Part shown: positions 51,422-59,786 of the stretch, in pieces
Layout of the letters: each line of letters starts with the position of its first letter
Position numbering within the stretch: position 1 is the stretch's first letter
The notes under the pieces: model-generated
Databases searched by the model: none
The model's input: the letters and a program-made list of their open reading frames with translations, nothing else
What the model was told of the DNA's origin: nothing
Assembly (NCBI GenBank): GCA_037137535.1
Contig: JBAXKC010000008.1
Span: 1-64,000, forward strand
DNA: 64,000 nucleotides
Direction: 5' to 3'
Source: a bacterium
GTDB lineage: Bacteria; Cyanobacteriota; Vampirovibrionia; Gastranaerophilales; JBAXKC01
Position numbers and translations under genes: made by a program

Positions 51422-52729
51422 ATGGCAATAAATAACGTTTCAGGATCATTTGATGCTCTTCAAAAGTTATATTATCAAAAATACGGCACTCAAGCTAATG
51501 CAGACGAATTAACAAACTATGCTAAAATGCAAAATGAAAATATATTTGGTGTTTGGGATAAATTAGCTGGTGGCGACGGAGTTAATGGAAATGTAATATC
51601 CTCAGACAGATATTATGCTAATAACAATGATTTATTATTTCAAGCAAAAGACGGCAAAATAGCTAACTTCGATATGAAAAACGGAACAGTTAATCAAGCT
51701 ACAAATACAGATTTAGCAAAAAAATTAGATATGCTCGACGATAATGTATATAATTACTCAATGACTCCAGACGTTGTTGCAAAAAGCAATATCGTTATGG
51801 GTAGAGATACTATGGATGTATTCGAAGCAGATAACAAAAAAACACCGGGAATTGAAACTCAAGACTACAACACAAATATAATTACAGTTTCTTCAGAAGA
51901 CACTTCAAAATTACTTAAAGATTCTGCTAAAAATGCAGGTTTTAAAACTGTAACTGAATTTGTGAATGCACAACAGACCAATAAAGATTTATCTAATCAA
52001 TATAAAGCTTCTGTTTCAGATTATTTAGTTAATACATTTGGCGGAAATAAAGAAGCGGTTCTTAGAAATTTAGCAGACGTTCAACAACTACCTACAAGCC
52101 AAACAATGATAGATAACATTTATGGGCAAGTTATTGACAAAGTCAGCTCAGGAATTACAAATACCTATAAAGATAAAAGTACTTCAAACAATGATATTAA
52201 CTTCTTTAAAGCTGATTACTATCCGACTGCTATACACTTCGGCGACTTAAAAACAGCTATTGGCAACGCAATAGGCCTAGAACAACAAGCAGCAGGAAGA
52301 AAAGACCCAATAGGATTTGAAACTAAAGATTCATTCTATAATTTTGTCGAAGACAAAAACAATGACAAGAAATTCAATAATGCAAATGAATTTGTTGGTG
52401 CAAATGGCGGCTGGGCTGATCTTTTAAAATATGATACTGATAAAAGCGGAACAATCAAAGGAAACGAATTAGATAAATTAAAAGTATTAGTAACTGACAA
52501 AAACACAGGCGCATCAAAAACTCTTTCGGCAAAAGATGCAGGAATCAATGAATTAAACTTAGCTTCATACCAAGCTATAAATCAAACAAAAAAAGATGGA
52601 AACTTCTTAGCAGGTTTATTTGATATGATTTTCAAAGGCAACCATGTTCAAGGTCAACAAACTTACGATAATGAAGAATACTTAAAAAATATGTTTTCAA
52701 ACGCATACGGAATTGACATAGCAGCTTAA
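51422..52729 (+). CDS. Hypothetical protein with a C-terminal EF-hand/RTX-associated-like Ca-binding region
   Basis: AAGGAG RBS before ATG 51422 (MAINNVSGS); DPIGF...DKNNDKKFNN.NEFVG...GWADLLKYDTDKSGTI...AGINELNL. Confidence 0.7.
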   Translation: MAINNVSGSFDALQKLYYQKYGTQANADELTNYAKMQNENIFGVWDKLAGGDGVNGNVISSDRYYANNNDLLFQAKDGKIANFDMKNGTVNQATNTDLAKKLDMLDDNVYNYSMTPDVVAKSNIVMGRDTMDVFEADNKKTPGIETQDYNTNIITVSSEDTSKLLKDSAKNAGFKTVTEFVNAQQTNKDLSNQYKASVSDYLVNTFGGNKEAVLRNLADVQQLPTSQTMIDNIYGQVIDKVSSGITNTYKDKSTSNNDINFFKADYYPTAIHFGDLKTAIGNAIGLEQQAAGRKDPIGFETKDSFYNFVEDKNNDKKFNNANEFVGANGGWADLLKYDTDKSGTIKGNELDKLKVLVTDKNTGASKTLSAKDAGINELNLASYQAINQTKKDGNFLAGLFDMIFKGNHVQGQQTYDNEEYLKNMFSNAYGIDIAA

Positions 52730-52756
52730 TATATTTCATATAAACAACTCAAAAAC

Positions 52757-54079
52757 TTATTGGCGGGGAATATCCTCGCCATTTTTATTTTTTAAAACTA
52801 AATTTAAAGCATTAAAAATATTTTCAATGGAAGAAGAAACATCAGTTTTACATGTTATGTTGTCTTTAACCATTTTAGCAAAAGAAGCTTTAGAAAATTC
52901 GCCATAACCTTTTATTTTCCACAATGAATTTAAAACATTTACCATACATGCTTCGCTTCTTAATTCATTAATTTCAACATTATTATTAACAATCGAAAAA
53001 CTATTATTAATTGATTTTAAAATCAACTGATATGTCAAGATATCTTCAAATTCACCTTCATTGATAATATATACGCTATCTATTTCTCTTTTGATTTTTA
53101 TAATTTCTTTTCCAATTGATTCAGCATCAAAATCAAATAATATAAAAATAGGAATACATAACTTATCTTTATAATCTTTATACATTTTTAAAACTTGGTT
53201 CTTACCACCCGCAGAAACTAAATATATGCCATTTTTTGCAAAATCAAAGCCATGTACACAAGAAAACATAGGAAGAAGTTTTTCTTCCGTAATTCCTTCA
53301 ACAATAAGAAATATTTCGGGGGAAACAGGAAAATTTAAACTTTTTCGTAATTCTAGCGAATAACAATAAACCTCATTAAAATTTTGATTTAGTAAAAGAT
53401 ATTTCCAGATATAAAAAGCTCTTTTAACCCATAGCGACGTTTTGGTAAGCAAATCAGCTTTATCAAAATAGTCAAATAAACTCTCAAAATTAATACTAAA
53501 AGTATTTGAATAGGAAATATAAATATTGTCATATCCAGAAAGTTCTGGATGTTTTTTAATTTTGGTTTTATAGCCTGCACTTGAAAACAGCTCATTTATT
53601 TCATAGACAGACAAGTTTTCAATATTAGAAAGTTTATCTAAAGTAATTCCAGGCTGTTGATTAAAGAAGAAATTTTCAGAATTAATTATTTCTTCAATAA
53701 GTTTAGTGGAAGAAAAAAACTTTGTATTTTCAAAAGAAAGATAATTAATTAATTTATTATCAAATTTATTTTCAAATGTAGAATTTAATTCCTTAATAGA
53801 AGCATTAAATATTTCGGTAGCAATACATTCAAGTGAATATAAATCTAAGGACTTGATTGTATTTGAATTAAAACGAGGAATTACACAATTTTTTAGTATT
53901 ACTTCTCTATAAATTTTTAATTTATTTAAAAAAGGATCTCTAAACCTAAGAAGTTTATCAGAATATTTAATCAAATTCTCAACACTTAAAGGCTTAATTG
54001 TAATGAATTCCTGATTAATCTCAGATAAACATGAATTAATAGTTATAGTTTTGCCTTTTTTAGTGAAAGGATGAGAAAT
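52757..54079 (-). CDS. OLD-type TOPRIM domain protein without an ATPase domain (probable ATT start)
   Basis: LIVEGITE, SAGGK, LFDFD, GEFED motifs; frame stays open upstream of TTG 53974 to an ATT at 54079, 7 nt after AAGGAG. Confidence 0.7.
   Translation of the reverse strand: MSHPFTKKGKTITINSCLSEINQEFITIKPLSVENLIKYSDKLLRFRDPFLNKLKIYREVILKNCVIPRFNSNTIKSLDLYSLECIATEIFNASIKELNSTFENKFDNKLINYLSFENTKFFSSTKLIEEIINSENFFFNQQPGITLDKLSNIENLSVYEINELFSSAGYKTKIKKHPELSGYDNIYISYSNTFSINFESLFDYFDKADLLTKTSLWVKRAFYIWKYLLLNQNFNEVYCYSLELRKSLNFPVSPEIFLIVEGITEEKLLPMFSCVHGFDFAKNGIYLVSAGGKNQVLKMYKDYKDKLCIPIFILFDFDAESIGKEIIKIKREIDSVYIINEGEFEDILTYQLILKSINNSFSIVNNNVEINELRSEACMVNVLNSLWKIKGYGEFSKASFAKMVKDNITCKTDVSSSIENIFNALNLVLKNKNGEDIPRQ
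52761..52793 (+). terminator. Rho-independent terminator (+ strand), overlapping the 3' end of the convergent gene
   Basis: TGGCGGGGA-ATA-TCCTCGCCA followed by a T-run. Confidence 0.75.
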
Positions 54080-54428
54080 TGCTATACTCCTTTAAAGATT
54101 AATTTATTTATAACATTTTAATAGATTTAGTTAAGATTTGCAAAGTTTTTTAAATTTTAAAGAATTTTAGGAAATTTTTACGTCTCAAATGATTTTATTA
54201 ATGTACGAAAAATAATCGAAGATAATACACTTAATTTCTCTATTGTTATTCGATTTTATGTATGTTAATTTATTAGCTCATTAGCATTGCTATTTTCTCT
54301 AAATATAGTAGAATGTAATCAATTGTTAATGTAGTACGCAGATAACATAAGGTTAAATATGAAAGTCAACTTTAAATCGTCCTTTGGTTAGCGTTAGTAT
54401 CGTAGTTTGGAAGATAGGAAGAAAAAAA

Positions 54429-54872
54429 TTGAACACACAAGTAAAAGAATTAGAAATTAAAGAAGAAATGACAGCTAATTACCTTGGAAGACACATTTTA
54501 GTAGAATTTTTTGGTTGCTGTCCAAATGTATTAAACAACACAGCTATGATTGAAGAAATGATGGTTGGAGCTGCTAAAAAATGCGGAGCAACTGTTGTAA
54601 CACAAAATTTTCACACATTCAGCCCATACGGAGTTAGCGGTGTAGTAATTATCGCTGAATCTCATTTAACAATCCACACTTGGCCGGAAATGGGTTATGC
54701 GGCAGTAGATTTATTTACTTGTGGCGAAACTTGCGATCCTTGGATTGCTTATGAAGTTATGAAAGAAGGATTATGCGCAGGAAATGCATCATATTCTGAA
54801 CTCAAAAGAGGAATGATGAGCCCTTCTAATGAAGTTATGAATACACCATTTGAAGTTAAAACTCAAATTTAA
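54429..54872 (+). CDS. speD: S-adenosylmethionine decarboxylase proenzyme
   Basis: [40 protein letters not shown]; start uncertain (TTG 54429 or ATG 54468). Confidence 0.93.
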   Translation: MNTQVKELEIKEEMTANYLGRHILVEFFGCCPNVLNNTAMIEEMMVGAAKKCGATVVTQNFHTFSPYGVSGVVIIAESHLTIHTWPEMGYAAVDLFTCGETCDPWIAYEVMKEGLCAGNASYSELKRGMMSPSNEVMNTPFEVKTQI

Positions 54873-54889
54873 TAATATAAAATAATTTT

Positions 54890-54922
54890 AAAAAGAAGAT
54901 TTCATTGTGAAATCTTCTTTTT
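54890..54922. terminator. Bidirectional terminator between speD and birA
   Basis: AAAAAGAAGATTTCA-TTG-TGAAATCTTCTTTTT. Confidence 0.8.
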
Positions 54923-54956
54923 TGTATTCGATAATAGAAGTTTAGTAAATAATTAC

Positions 54957-55736
54957 TTATAGATAAACGATATTAGATGATTTAGTACATTTAATTATCT
55001 TTGTTTCAGAATTAAATGTATCAACAATTAAAAAACCATTTTCATCAACATCAATAGCTTTACCGTTTTGTGTTATTAAATTTTCACTGAACAAAAATTC
55101 TTTCCCTAAAGTAAAGGAATTTTTTTTCCATAAATATATCAAACTTTGCGGACTGTTATGATAAAGATTAATATAATTCTCAAAATTCTCAATTAACTCT
55201 GCAACGACTTCATTAATTGAAATATCTTTATCCAAGATTTCAGCTAAAGAAATGGGACTAAAAAGGGGATTGTTCAAATTTACAACTTTATGATTTAAAT
55301 TTAAGCCTATTCCTGTAATCACAGACGAAATCGAACCATTTGTTCTAACTTCTGTCAAGATTCCACCAAGTTTTTTAAAGTCAAAAACAATATCATTTAC
55401 CCATTTTAGCTGAACATTAATGCCATATAATGATTTTAATGCTGAAACAACAGCCATGCCAGCCACAAATGTTAATAAATGAGTATATTGAGTAGATTTA
55501 GTTACAGAAATGATACTTATATATAGATTTCCTTTGGGAGAAATCCAGCTATTTTGCCCCTGACCTTTTCCGTTTGATTGAGATTTTGCAAGAATAATAT
55601 CACCCGAAGAGGCGTTGCCTGCCTCTATAAGCCTAAAGGCCTCAAGATTTGTAGAGTCAATTTCATCGTATAAATGAATTTTTTTCCCTATAAACTTTGC
55701 GTTTGTTTTCAGCTTAATTTCATCAATACTTAACAT
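54957..55736 (-). CDS. birA: Biotin--[acetyl-CoA-carboxylase] ligase (no HTH)
   Basis: DSTN, Q..GKGQ....W.SP.G, LKWVND, KKLGGILTE, GIGLN. Confidence 0.9.
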   Translation of the reverse strand: MLSIDEIKLKTNAKFIGKKIHLYDEIDSTNLEAFRLIEAGNASSGDIILAKSQSNGKGQGQNSWISPKGNLYISIISVTKSTQYTHLLTFVAGMAVVSALKSLYGINVQLKWVNDIVFDFKKLGGILTEVRTNGSISSVITGIGLNLNHKVVNLNNPLFSPISLAEILDKDISINEVVAELIENFENYINLYHNSPQSLIYLWKKNSFTLGKEFLFSENLITQNGKAIDVDENGFLIVDTFNSETKIIKCTKSSNIVYL

Positions 55737-56449
55737 AAACCGAGCATTTCAGCTAATTCAGCATTATAAGTAAATTCATCGTTAAATTTACTTTCAAAAC
55801 CTTTTTTTAAGAAACATGGCAAGTTTTTATAATAGTCAATATTCGGATTAATTTCTGTAAGAGAAGTTATTGTGTTTTTATCGTAATAATCTTCAAAAAT
55901 TGCTTTATGCAATAAATCATCAATATCAATCAAAATAGAGCCATGCTGCAAAATATAGTTATTTTTTCGATACTGTGCACTACCTATAATTTTTTTACCG
56001 TTGTAATTCAAGTCAGAACCTGTTGACAAAGCCATACAAAAGCCCTTATCAACGCTTACTTTTTTATACTCAGGAAATGATAATTTTATACCTAATAAAT
56101 CTAAACCTACAATTAATGCTTCTGAAATTTCTTTATAAGAACTAATAACAGTAGAGCCTTTTTCTAAAAAATCAGCTTTACATACAAAACTGTAAGTTAT
56201 TTCTAAATGATGTAAAACTGCTCGACCACCAGTAATTCTTCGTAGGACATCAATATTATTATTTTGACAATATTCGACACCAACGCTATCTAAGGGTTGA
56301 TTTCGTCCAAGAGTTAAAGTAGGTTTGTCCCATCCGTAAAGCCTTAAAATTGGAGCAGATTCACTTTCGATAGAATAATCTAAAATATTTGCATCAATTT
56401 CCATATTTTTTTTGCCATCTAATATTTGATAAGGCAAAAGATTATACAT
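55730..56449 (-). CDS. Lipoate-protein ligase/octanoyltransferase family (LplA/LipM-like)
   Basis: NMEID, LRLYGW, TLGRNQ, RRITGGRAVLH, KIIGSAQ, LQHGSI. Confidence 0.9.
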   Translation of the reverse strand: MYNLLPYQILDGKKNMEIDANILDYSIESESAPILRLYGWDKPTLTLGRNQPLDSVGVEYCQNNNIDVLRRITGGRAVLHHLEITYSFVCKADFLEKGSTVISSYKEISEALIVGLDLLGIKLSFPEYKKVSVDKGFCMALSTGSDLNYNGKKIIGSAQYRKNNYILQHGSILIDIDDLLHKAIFEDYYDKNTITSLTEINPNIDYYKNLPCFLKKGFESKFNDEFTYNAELAEMLGLC

Positions 56450-56451
56450 GA

Positions 56452-56754
56452 TTAATGTTTATCCTCATGATGAAACGGATATGGCGCAGGAGGCTGAGAA
56501 TAAGAAGATTTATACTTAAAAGAAAAATGGAAAGGATAAGAATTTTTTTCCAAAGTATATTTTACTAAATATAAATCTTCTAGTGCTTTAGCAAATTTTT
56601 CACCAAGCTCTTCAGAAAAATGTTCGCCGCAAACCATGCAATTAACAGTTTCTTTATCTCTTAATCTTAATACATTTAAATTGAACTCATTTCCACATTT
56701 ACATTTTAATGTAATTCTCGGGAAATCTTTTTCATTAGCTTTAATATTAGTCAT
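56452..56754 (-). CDS. Small hypothetical Zn-ribbon-like protein
   Basis: CKCG...CMVCG; RBS AAGGTG; first gene of the lipoate ligase-birA run. Confidence 0.65.
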   Translation of the reverse strand: MTNIKANEKDFPRITLKCKCGNEFNLNVLRLRDKETVNCMVCGEHFSEELGEKFAKALEDLYLVKYTLEKNSYPFHFSFKYKSSYSQPPAPYPFHHEDKH

Positions 56755-56831
56755 AAATACACCTTATCTTATTTTTCAGGTTTTTATTATAATAATTTAA
56801 TGATACTCCAATAATAGAAAGATATAAATAT

Positions 56832-57608
56832 ATGAAAAAGTCATGTTTTATCGAATGTTATTCAGGTGCTGCCGGAGATATGCTTATAGCTGGTTTTTTA
56901 GGTGCATTAAATGACAAGGATTATTTTATAAATGAATTAAGTAAACTTTCAATAAAAAATGAATTTGAAATTGAAATCAAGCCAACCGTAAAAAAAGGGA
57001 TTGCATCAACTAATTTTAACGTAATTATCAAAGAACATGATCATTGTCATTCTCATGAGCATAAACATCATCACCATAGAGGTTTAAATGAAATAACTGA
57101 AATAATTAATAATTCAGATATTTCTACTGAAGCCAAAGAATTAGCTATAAAAATATTTATTAATCTTGGAGAAGCAGAAGCAAAAGTACATGGCACTACC
57201 TTAGATAAAGTTCATTTTCACGAAGTAGGAGCAATTGACTCAATTGTAGATATAGTAGGCTTTGCAATTCTATTTACAAAATTAAAAATTGAAGAAGTGA
57301 CAGTCTCTAATATAAATGTCGGAAGTGGTTTGATAAAGTGCGAACATGGTTTTATTCCTGTTCCTGCACCAGCAACGCTAGAGCTTATAAAACTATTTAA
57401 AATGCCTGTATCTTCAATAGTTAATATTAAAGGTGAAACGCTAACACCAACAGGTGCCGCAATTTTGGGAACTATCGCAACTGCATTTAATAACATTCCA
57501 AATTATGATGAAATTCAGACAATATCTTATGGTGCAGGAACTAAGGATTTTGAGGAAATTTCTAATACTCTAAGAGTTACGGTCGGAGTAGAAAAAAAAA
57601 ACACTTAA
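56832..57608 (+). CDS. larC: Nickel pincer cofactor biosynthesis protein LarC, N-terminal part
   Basis: SGAAGDM, His-rich HDHCHSHEHKHHHHR, HFHEVGAIDSIVD, HG..PVPAPAT, TPTGAA, YGAG; ends at an A10 run. Confidence 0.92.
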   Translation: MKKSCFIECYSGAAGDMLIAGFLGALNDKDYFINELSKLSIKNEFEIEIKPTVKKGIASTNFNVIIKEHDHCHSHEHKHHHHRGLNEITEIINNSDISTEAKELAIKIFINLGEAEAKVHGTTLDKVHFHEVGAIDSIVDIVGFAILFTKLKIEEVTVSNINVGSGLIKCEHGFIPVPAPATLELIKLFKMPVSSIVNIKGETLTPTGAAILGTIATAFNNIPNYDEIQTISYGAGTKDFEEISNTLRVTVGVEKKNT

Positions 57609-58051
57609 TTAATTCAGTATTTGTTATTGAAACAAATTTAGACGATATTTCTTCTGAAATTATTCCTTATGTGATAGAAAAATTAATGGAGAGTGGTGCG
57701 CTCGATGCGTTTATCACTCCTATTATTATGAAAAAAGGAAGACCTGCAAACAAATTAACTGTTTTATCCTATGAAAATACCTGCTCAATCTTAGAAGATA
57801 TAATATTTAATGAAACAAAAACTCTTGGTCTAAGAAAATATAAAACTGATCGAATAATTCAAAATAGAAAAACAGAAATAATAAATATACCAGATCTTGG
57901 CGAAGTACGAATTAAATATAACCTCAATAAAAATGGAGAAATATTGTCTGCTAAACCAGAATATGAAGATTGCAAAAAATTAGCAGTTGAAACAAATCAA
58001 CCCCTAATTAATATCATGACTAAAATCTCAAAAGTTATACAGAAAACATAA
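57599..58051 (+). CDS. larC: LarC C-terminal part (-1 frame, reached by frameshift)
   Basis: The -1 frame is open from the A-run: KHLINSVFVIETNLDDISSE...GALD...MKKGRP...ETKTLGLR...KPEYED. Confidence 0.88.
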   Translation, partial: KHLINSVFVIETNLDDISSEIIPYVIEKLMESGALDAFITPIIMKKGRPANKLTVLSYENTCSILEDIIFNETKTLGLRKYKTDRIIQNRKTEIINIPDLGEVRIKYNLNKNGEILSAKPEYEDCKKLAVETNQPLINIMTKISKVIQKT

Positions 58052-58112
58052 CATAAACTACGTTAAGTTTGTTGTATATCCATAAAGATAATCATACTTT
58101 TTACTTTGGGAG

Positions 58113-58149
58113 ATAAACGCTCATTACGTTATTGTAATTGAGCGTTTAT
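58113..58149. terminator. Hairpin at the 3' end of the 95-aa gene, between convergent genes
   Basis: ATAAACGCTCA...TGAGCGTTTAT inverted repeat overlapping the stop codon. Confidence 0.55.
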
Positions 58150-58433
58150 GCAAAGTACTTGAATGAAGACTCAATATTTTTATCTACAACCTTTTTGGCT
58201 GATTCCAATTCAGTTTCAATCATTTTATGTTGAGCTTCAATTTGCTTTTGTTGTAGCTCTAATTGTTTATTCAATTCAAAAACTTGTTTCTGAATATTAT
58301 CATCATTCATAAAATTCTGTGCTTGAGCACTCAAATTCATCTCTTTTTGACAAATTCTTTGCATTTGAAACTCTAAAGTACTCTTTTGATCCGTTAACAA
58401 TAGTACACGGGCCTGACCTGCTACTAAACCCAT
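58146..58433 (-). CDS. Small coiled-coil hypothetical protein (MGL.A.QAR...IESSFKYF type)
   Basis: 95 aa, all-helical Q/E/K-rich; RBS AGGGGGA; resembles a family I recall as expanded in Gastranaerophilales (not verified here). Confidence 0.75.
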   Translation of the reverse strand: MGLVAGQARVLLLTDQKSTLEFQMQRICQKEMNLSAQAQNFMNDDNIQKQVFELNKQLELQQKQIEAQHKMIETELESAKKVVDKNIESSFKYFA

Positions 58434-58593
58434 AATTAGTTCCCCCTAAGACTCCCACGTCTTTAAAAACTATATTCCCCAAGATAATAATTATAATTTT
58501 TTATATATATTGATAAATACCCCAATCCCCTAGACTTCTTTAAGTCATTTCAGATAATATTGTTTGGATTAATTCCTCCTTTCATCAAAAGAT

Positions 58594-58780
58594 CCAAACA
58601 AATTGTCATACCCCTTATCTCCTAAATATCCCCTAAATCCCAAATTCTTTAAATTTCTATAAAAAGTTAACCAAATAAATGTCCATACCCCTAAACTTCC
58701 TTTTGTAAACCATCCCCTAATTTTTTATAACATATTAAATATTTTTATAAAAAAATGTTTCAAACAAATGGTCATACCCC
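58594..58780. repeat. Three degenerate 21-bp direct repeats, also present at 7915-7935
   Basis: CCAAACAAATTGTCATACCCC 58594-58614; CCAAATAAATGTCCATACCCC 58671-58691; TCAAACAAATGGTCATACCCC 58760-58780; CCAAATAAATGGTCATACCCC 7915-7935. Confidence 0.9.
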
Positions 58781-58903
58781 AGAACCTGCCTTTTATCCCT
58801 CCTAACTCTTAAAATAATCTAAATTTAAATATCATTATAATTTTCTAATTCACTAAGGCTTTATTTTCTCTATCCTTCTTGTTTCTGATTTATACCTTAC
58901 ATA

Positions 58904-58977
58904 TATATAAACAATATATCGGATTAAAAATTGCTAAACATGTATATAATCTCTCCATGTATTGTAATATTTCTTAA
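58904..58977 (-). promoter_or_regulatory. Putative promoter AGCAA-N15-ATTGTTTATATA with upstream TTAAGAAATATTA box
   Basis: Same boxes as 12922-12983; would give the 95-aa gene a ~460-nt leader. Confidence 0.55.
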
Positions 58978-58980
58978 TAT

Positions 58981-59009
58981 TTGCAAAAAACAATAATTCA
59001 ACTTAAAAT
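58981..59009 (+). promoter_or_regulatory. Sigma70-like promoter for the 59037 gene
   Basis: TTGCAA-17nt-TAAAAT. Confidence 0.55.
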
Positions 59010-59036
59010 GTTGTTGTAGCTAACTTTTGGGGATTT

Positions 59037-59777
59037 TTGAATATGACTGCAAAGAAAATACTAAGTACATTAATATTACTTACGGCACTAACAACAGCCT
59101 CTCAATCCTATGCGGGTGATAATACATATATACAAAATATGTACAGCAAACCCTTAAATCTTATTGAAAGTAGCATACAGACTCAAAGAATCCCAGCAGG
59201 TACTCTAATAAATTTAAGACTTGAAACTCCTATAAATTCCTTAACATCACGCTCTGGCAGCGAATTCAACGCAACAGTTATAGAAAATGTAAAAATTGGA
59301 AAAAAAGTTGTATTACCTATTGGGTCGCTAGTAAGAGGAATTGTCTGTGTATCGAAAAAAAATACATTTGTATCTCAACCTGGTTATTTAAGTTTAACTT
59401 TTGATCATGTAGTTACACCATTAGGTAAACAACTACCAATAGTTGTAAGAACAAACAATTTAAATGCAAATAAAGACGATATTATCAAAGGTGAAGGCGG
59501 CTATTTCAGAGCAGTAAATAATCATTTTGAAAAGAGCATTGATATCCTTGATAATACAACCGTGTGGGGGTATAAAAAAGGGAAATCATTTGCTAAAGGG
59601 ATACCTGCTATAATAACTACTCCTATATGTGCTTTAGGTGGTTCTGTATATGGAAGTTCTTATTTTGCATACAACACGTTTATGTCTTTCTTTAGAAAAG
59701 GTGACAATGTAATATTGAATCCAGGTCAAAACATTCAAATAATCTCAAAAGAAGATATAGATTTAGTATTAAATTAG
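59037..59777 (+). CDS. Exported protein with a TrbI/VirB10-like beta domain
   Basis: Signal peptide; IPAGT.I.LRLETPINS...G..F.A.V...V......LP.GS.V.G; C-terminal KGDNVILNPG. Confidence 0.7.
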   Translation: MNMTAKKILSTLILLTALTTASQSYAGDNTYIQNMYSKPLNLIESSIQTQRIPAGTLINLRLETPINSLTSRSGSEFNATVIENVKIGKKVVLPIGSLVRGIVCVSKKNTFVSQPGYLSLTFDHVVTPLGKQLPIVVRTNNLNANKDDIIKGEGGYFRAVNNHFEKSIDILDNTTVWGYKKGKSFAKGIPAIITTPICALGGSVYGSSYFAYNTFMSFFRKGDNVILNPGQNIQIISKEDIDLVLN

Positions 59778-59786
59778 GTATTAAAA

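Noticed and set aside
52757-54079. Gabija/OLD anti-phage system
   Set aside because: No ATPase domain, helicase partner or defence-island context visible
56832-58051. larC as a pseudogene or two independent genes
   Set aside because: Both halves keep conserved motifs, conserved sequence extends upstream of the GTG, and recoding of larC is known; an assembly error is still possible
58594-58780. CRISPR array
   Set aside because: Only three degenerate 21-bp repeats; unequal 56/68-nt spacers that share C-rich composition; no cas genes in the window
59037-59777. Type IV secretion or conjugative element
   Set aside because: Only a lone TrbI/VirB10-like domain next to cinA; no other T4SS, relaxase or integrase genes
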